Source: Mobula hypostoma
Lineage: Eukaryota
DNA length: 64,000 bases
Assembly (NCBI RefSeq): GCF_963921235.1
Contig: NC_086097.1
Span: 57,724,001-57,788,000 of the forward strand
Direction of reading: 5' to 3'
Below the pieces are notes generated by a model. It worked only from the letters and a program-made list of their open reading frames with translations. It searched no databases and had not been told where the DNA came from. Positions 59,056 through 64,000 of this stretch are shown in pieces. The translations under genes and the position numbers were made by a program. The number at the start of each line of letters is the position of its first letter. The first letter of the stretch is position 1.

Positions 59056-62037
59056 TATTTCAACTGTTCTTTTAAATGTAAGTCATCAGTGAGGAATGCT
59101 CTTTGAATTCTTTCTTCTGAGATACTACAAGATAAATGATCTCTCAGTGCATCATTAAGCCAACTACCAAACTGACAAAGCTCAGAAAGTGTCTTCAATT
59201 CAGCCACATATGCTGAAATAGACTCCTCTTCCTTTTGATCCCACCTATGAAACTTAAAGGGGTCTACATCAACAATGGTTTTGATTCTAAATGTTCCTGC
59301 ATTACTTTCACGATATCAGCAAAGCTTATTTCAGATGGTTTGGTTGTAGCCATCAAACCTCTAAGCAAACTATATTCCCTTAAACCCAAAGCACTCATCT
59401 TTCATTTGCTATTTCACTTGATTTTAAATACTGCACAATTCACTCATTACACATATCCAATTGTCTCTTGTGCTATTGAATGTGTTTATCTTTCTGATAG
59501 CCTACAATTTCTGCATTTAAAAAAATTATTATTATTATCATGTCACTGTTAATGTTTCACTGTTTATGAACCCGTGAATTTGTCTGTTTTTTACCTTTTT
59601 TTAATTCAGCCATATCTTCCCTTCCAAAGAACATGAGCTGTGATTTTTTTCTTAAGTTGAACATTTCACTGCATTTCATCAGGTAGGTAGTTGTCTTGGG
59701 TTTGTTTTAAAACTTCCTCATCACCACTGTTCTGTTTTGTAATTCCGGAACATAAAACTAATTGCAAGAAAAAGACAGGAGCCCAGGAGAACAGGTTTCA
59801 GCTTCATTTTTACTTTAAATGAGGCATGCTTGTATGACATGGTGGTGCGATGACCTATGTCATTCATGTACTTTTACATATAACCCATAATGAATTATTT
59901 AAACAAACAAGAATGCTTAATCAAACAACATATTTACAATATTACTTAAATGTTACTGTATTATTAAAGACAACAGTCAACAAAGGCCTGCTTATGACTC
60001 CCAGTCCTCATATGGCACCTGGAATTATTCAAATAAGTCAGGGAAATATCACCCACCATATGATTAAATTCCTCCCATTTGTCATCCCTCCCAACATGTG
60101 TAACTTCTCTCCCTGTCACACCTACAACCTGCCCATTCCCACTCTTAAACTCTGACTCCAGCAACTTATGCTGCCACCCACTTCTTTCACCTGTCAGTCT
60201 CAACCAGTGGTTTCTGATGGCTTGTTATCTGTATCATAGGGTATTTAAAAAAATCTGGTTTCTCTCGCCTAACGTTTGAACTCCCACCTCTTCTATATCT
60301 ATTTTAGGCTTGTGCTGTTGAAGCTCTTTGGGATGTCTTTCCCCTGTTAGAAGATGCTGTATAATTCCATTTAATTTACTTGTTTGCCAACTTGTCACCT
60401 GTTTATTAGTTGAGGCCCTAATGCACCCTATAGTGGTGTATTTACGTTGGTTCTTACTGAAGCTGGTCCAAATGCAGGGTGGATTTATTTGTTCCTTTTA
60501 GTCTATATTTTTTGGTAAACAAGTTAAAGTATAAAAAGCGAAGTCCCTTTCTAAGGTGCATAAAATACATTTCCCAAAATCTGCTGGCATAGTTATTTTA
60601 TTAAATTGAAAGTTGATTATTATAACTGTAGAAATTAATGGCTAGAGGGCAAAGGAAGATTGGCAGAAATATTCTAACTACAATTGTGTAAGTAAGAGCA
60701 TCAAACTAATGCACTTCCTGTGAATAGGGGGAAGATGTTGGAAATAAATACTGTAGTATGATCACAGTATTGAAAACAGCAGGCTACTGATTATAATTAC
60801 ATGGCAGGTCATGTTCCTTCTGATTTTGTTCGACTGTTCCTGCAGACTGTGAAGATCAATAATGTACCAACCTATTCAAAAATCTTGGAAGTGAAAGTCT
60901 AGATTGGATTTGGGATAGTAGTATGTTTGAGCTAAAAATTTCAAAGGTTAGCCAATAGGTCAGCCTTCTCATCATTGTTATTCCCATATTCAAACAAGGT
61001 GACTCAAAATAGAGCTACAGTTAATGAACAAATAGGGTAGACAACAAAACTATTTATAAATGACTGGCTGAAAAAGCAGCATTGAATCCGTAAATAAATG
61101 AGTTCAATGTGATCTGGGTCACATAAACACCATTCATTAAACTCTTTAGCTTTCTTCTCTTCAGTGATAATGTAATATACAACAGTAATTCTTGAGAACT
61201 AGGTCAGGCCAAAGACGTCCAGAAATACATACGGCTAAAATGAACATGATTCAAATTAGCCCTTTTCACGTAGATGGCATCTATTCTAACAGTGATCAAC
61301 CTATTTGGATGCAAAATATAAAGAAAAGCATCTGTGCACTCCTGCTTCCCTGGTGTAAATTGATTTGCAACAAAATGTAATGGGGAAAAAATCAATATAT
61401 TTTATTCACACAATGAGTGATTTAACCTTTTTGAGAGGTATTTCAGAAGCTAAAGGTATCTTGCCCAGCCTAGAGTGTTCCAAAGTAGGAGATAGTTGGA
61501 GCAAGGCAGAAGGTCAGGTTGGCAAGGAATAGACGGACCAATGGGCTGGTTTCTATGCTGAGCTACTTTATGATTCCATAAGTTATTGATGAAATGTTTC
61601 AACAACTCCATGGCTTTTAGTTATTGTAGGACTTTCAGCTGAGTAGTACAACAGTAATGATAAAATACTCTTGAGTATAAGCTACTTAAGACATAATTTA
61701 TGCTGATGAAGACAATTAGAAAGAAGCTTCTGTGGACCATAAACCGTTGTTTACCAGTGGCTTGTTCCTTTCTTATAAATTGGATTCTAATGATGTAATT
61801 CAGCTTGATGAAAACAGTCTCAGACTGGAGATCCCTCTGTGATATATTTGTTGGTGATATTATAAATAGGCTTATATTATAATTATGAAATTTTTGATTT
61901 CGCTGTAAGTTGCTGGTATCTGCTTACCCTCATGGAAATTGAACTTACTTTAATAAATTAATCAGAATCAGGTTTATTATCACCAGCATGTGACGTGAAA
62001 TTTGTCAACTTAGCAACAGCAGTTCAATGCAATACAT

Positions 62038-62625
62038 TTGAAGGTATGAGACGTGAATTAGCTAAGATAGACTGGCAAATGACACTTCAATGATTGACGG
62101 TGGATATGCAATGGCAGGCATTTAAAGGTTGCATGGATGAACTACAACAATTGTTCATCCCAGTTTGGCAAAAGAATAAATCAAGGAAGGTAGTGCACCC
62201 GTGGCTGACAAGAGAAATTAGGGATAGTATCAATTCCAAAGAAGTAGCATACAAATTAGCCAGAGAAAGTGGCTCACCTGAGGACTGGGAGAAATTCAGA
62301 GTTCAGCAGAGGAGGACAAAGGGCTTAATTAGGAAGGGGAAAAAAGATTATGAGAGAAAACTGGCAGAGAACATAAAAACGGACTGTAAAAGCTTTTATA
62401 GATATGTAAAAAGGAAAAGACTGATAAAGACAAATGTAGGTCCCCTGCAAACAGAAACAGGTGAATTGATTATGGGGAGCAAGGACATGGCAGACCAATT
62501 GAATAATTACTTTGGTTCTGTCTTCACTAAGGAGGACATAAATAATCTTCCAGAAATAGTAAGGGACAGAGGGTCCAGTGAGATGGAGGAACTGAGCGAA
62601 ATACATGTTAGTAGGGAAGTGGTGT
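62038..62625 (+). mobile_element. CR1-like ORF2 fragment, relatively young, abutting a minus-strand Rex-type tail (~61958-62037)
   Basis: ORF 62094..62639 PWLTREI...KDYERKLAENIKTDCKSFYRYVKRK..VGPL..LNNYFGSVFT. Confidence 0.9.
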
Positions 62626-64000
62626 TCTTTTCTTTTTAAATCTTTTTATTGAGTAAGTATACAAAAAAGGTAAGCCATATAAACATTAATACAATGTTAA
62701 AGTATAATAAAATTCCAAAAGATAACAATACCAAAAAGAAAATACTACAAACAATGTAATTTAAGCATAAGAAACCAAGATAACATAATAGTATACTAGA
62801 TTTTATATATATCAATGGAAAAAAAAAGAAAAAAAACCCCCCAAAAAAAAACCCACCGTGCAACTAACTAAAAGCAAAGCAAAGCAATGGGCTAACTTGA
62901 AACCAAACAGAGTTAAACTTAAAATCACGTCCTCAATCCCGACCTCCATTAAAACAGTGAAGAAAAAACAAGAAGGGTAAATATTACATTAAATGAAAAT
63001 ATCGAATAAAAGGTCCCCAAATCTGTTCAAATTTAAATGAAGAATCATAAAGGTTACTTCTAATTTTCTCCAGATTCAAACATAAAATCGTCTGAGAAAA
63101 CCAAAAAAAGGTAGTTGGAGCATTAAGCTCTTTCCAATGTTGTAAAATACATCTTTTCGCCATTAAAGTAAGAAATGCAATCATTCTACGGGCTGAAGGG
63201 GAAAGATTACTAGAAATTTTAGGTAGTCCAAAGATAGCAGTAATAGGGTGAGGAGAGATATCTATATTTAATACCTTAGAAATAATATTGAAAATATCTC
63301 TCCAAAAAGTTTCCAAAGTAGGGCAAGACCAAAACATATGAGTTAAAGAGGCTATCTGCCCCGAACATCTATCACAGAAAGGATTAATATGCGAGTAAAA
63401 ACGCGCTAACTTATCTTTGGACATATGTGCTCTATGAACCACTTTAAATTGAATTAGGGAATGTTTAGCACAAATAGAGGAAGTATTAACTAATTGTAAA
63501 ATCTGCCCCCAATCATCCACAGAAATGGTAAGCCCCAATTCCTGTTCCCAGTCTACCCTAATCTTATCAAATGGAGCTTTCCTAAGTTTCATAATAATAT
63601 TATAAATCATAGCCGATGCACCTTTCTGACATGGATTAAGGTTAATTATCGAATCTAAAATATATATAGGAGGAAGCATTGGAAAGGAAGAAAGTATAGT
63701 ACTTAGGAAATTTCTAACTTGTAAATATCTAAAAAAATGTATTCTTGATAAGTTATATTTATTAGATAATTGTTCAAAAGACATAAGGGAACCATCTAAA
63801 AATAAATCCAAAAACCGTAAAATACCCTTAGTCTTCCAAGTTTGAAAAGCGCGATCCGTAAAAGAGGGAGGAAAAAATATGTTACCTAAAATAGGAATCG
63901 CTAACCCGAATTGATTAAGATCAAAAAATTTTCTGAATTGAAACCAAATGCGCAAAGCATATTTAACTATCGGGTTAGAGACCTGCTTAAGACGTTTCGA
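62626..64000 (-). mobile_element. L1/Tx1-clade LINE 3' end (ORF2 C-terminus with zinc knuckle, 3'UTR, A-rich tail); continues beyond the window
   Basis: Open ORF 62984..63955 with QFKVVHR...CDRC...ASLTHMFWSCP...W; minus-strand tail aataaaaagatttaaaaagaaaagaa. Confidence 0.9.

Larger units (their letters stand above)
55700..59975 (-). mobile_element. Decayed Gypsy (Mag-like) LTR retrotransposon: gag, protease, RT, deleted RNase H/integrase
   Basis: LTRs 55700-~55924 and 59728-59975; TSD gtcag/gtcaa; PBS-like tggtgatgagga (reverse complement of ~59715-59726); PPT aagcagggaggag; protease ELDTGSAVS (57317..57628); RT ICGDFKVTTNP..YPLPRI.DIF (56795..57082) and YLDDIIVS. Confidence 0.9.

Overview
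Vertebrate genomic DNA. The repeat complement (HE1/V-SINE-like tRNA SINEs, CR1/HER1-like and Rex1/Babar-like LINEs, Penelope-like elements) suggests a cartilaginous fish, probably a ray; this is an inference. One host gene is present: a complete four-exon Dapper/DACT gene on the + strand (CDS 2820-3161, 5038-5170, 9162-9317, 12581-14451; 833 aa, ending [16 protein letters not shown]), most likely DACT1, with a CpG-rich 5' region. The remaining ~49 kb is gene-free. It holds decayed and nested retroelements: CR1, Rex/Babar and L1/Tx1 LINEs, two Gypsy proviral relics, three solo LTRs with target-site duplications (TSDs), SINEs, and two Penelope-like (GIY-YIG) families. Repeat-free islands between them may be conserved enhancers. 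The most notable signal is a dispersed set of short, often fold-back, TSD-flanked non-autonomous Penelope derivatives. They are built around a minimal type-I hammerhead ribozyme motif (cagtc-CUGAnGA-agggucucggccc-GAAA-cg-UC-gacug), and several copies begin at the ribozyme's 5' boundary. Family assignments come from recognised motifs only; no database search was run, and repeat boundaries without a stated TSD are approximate.
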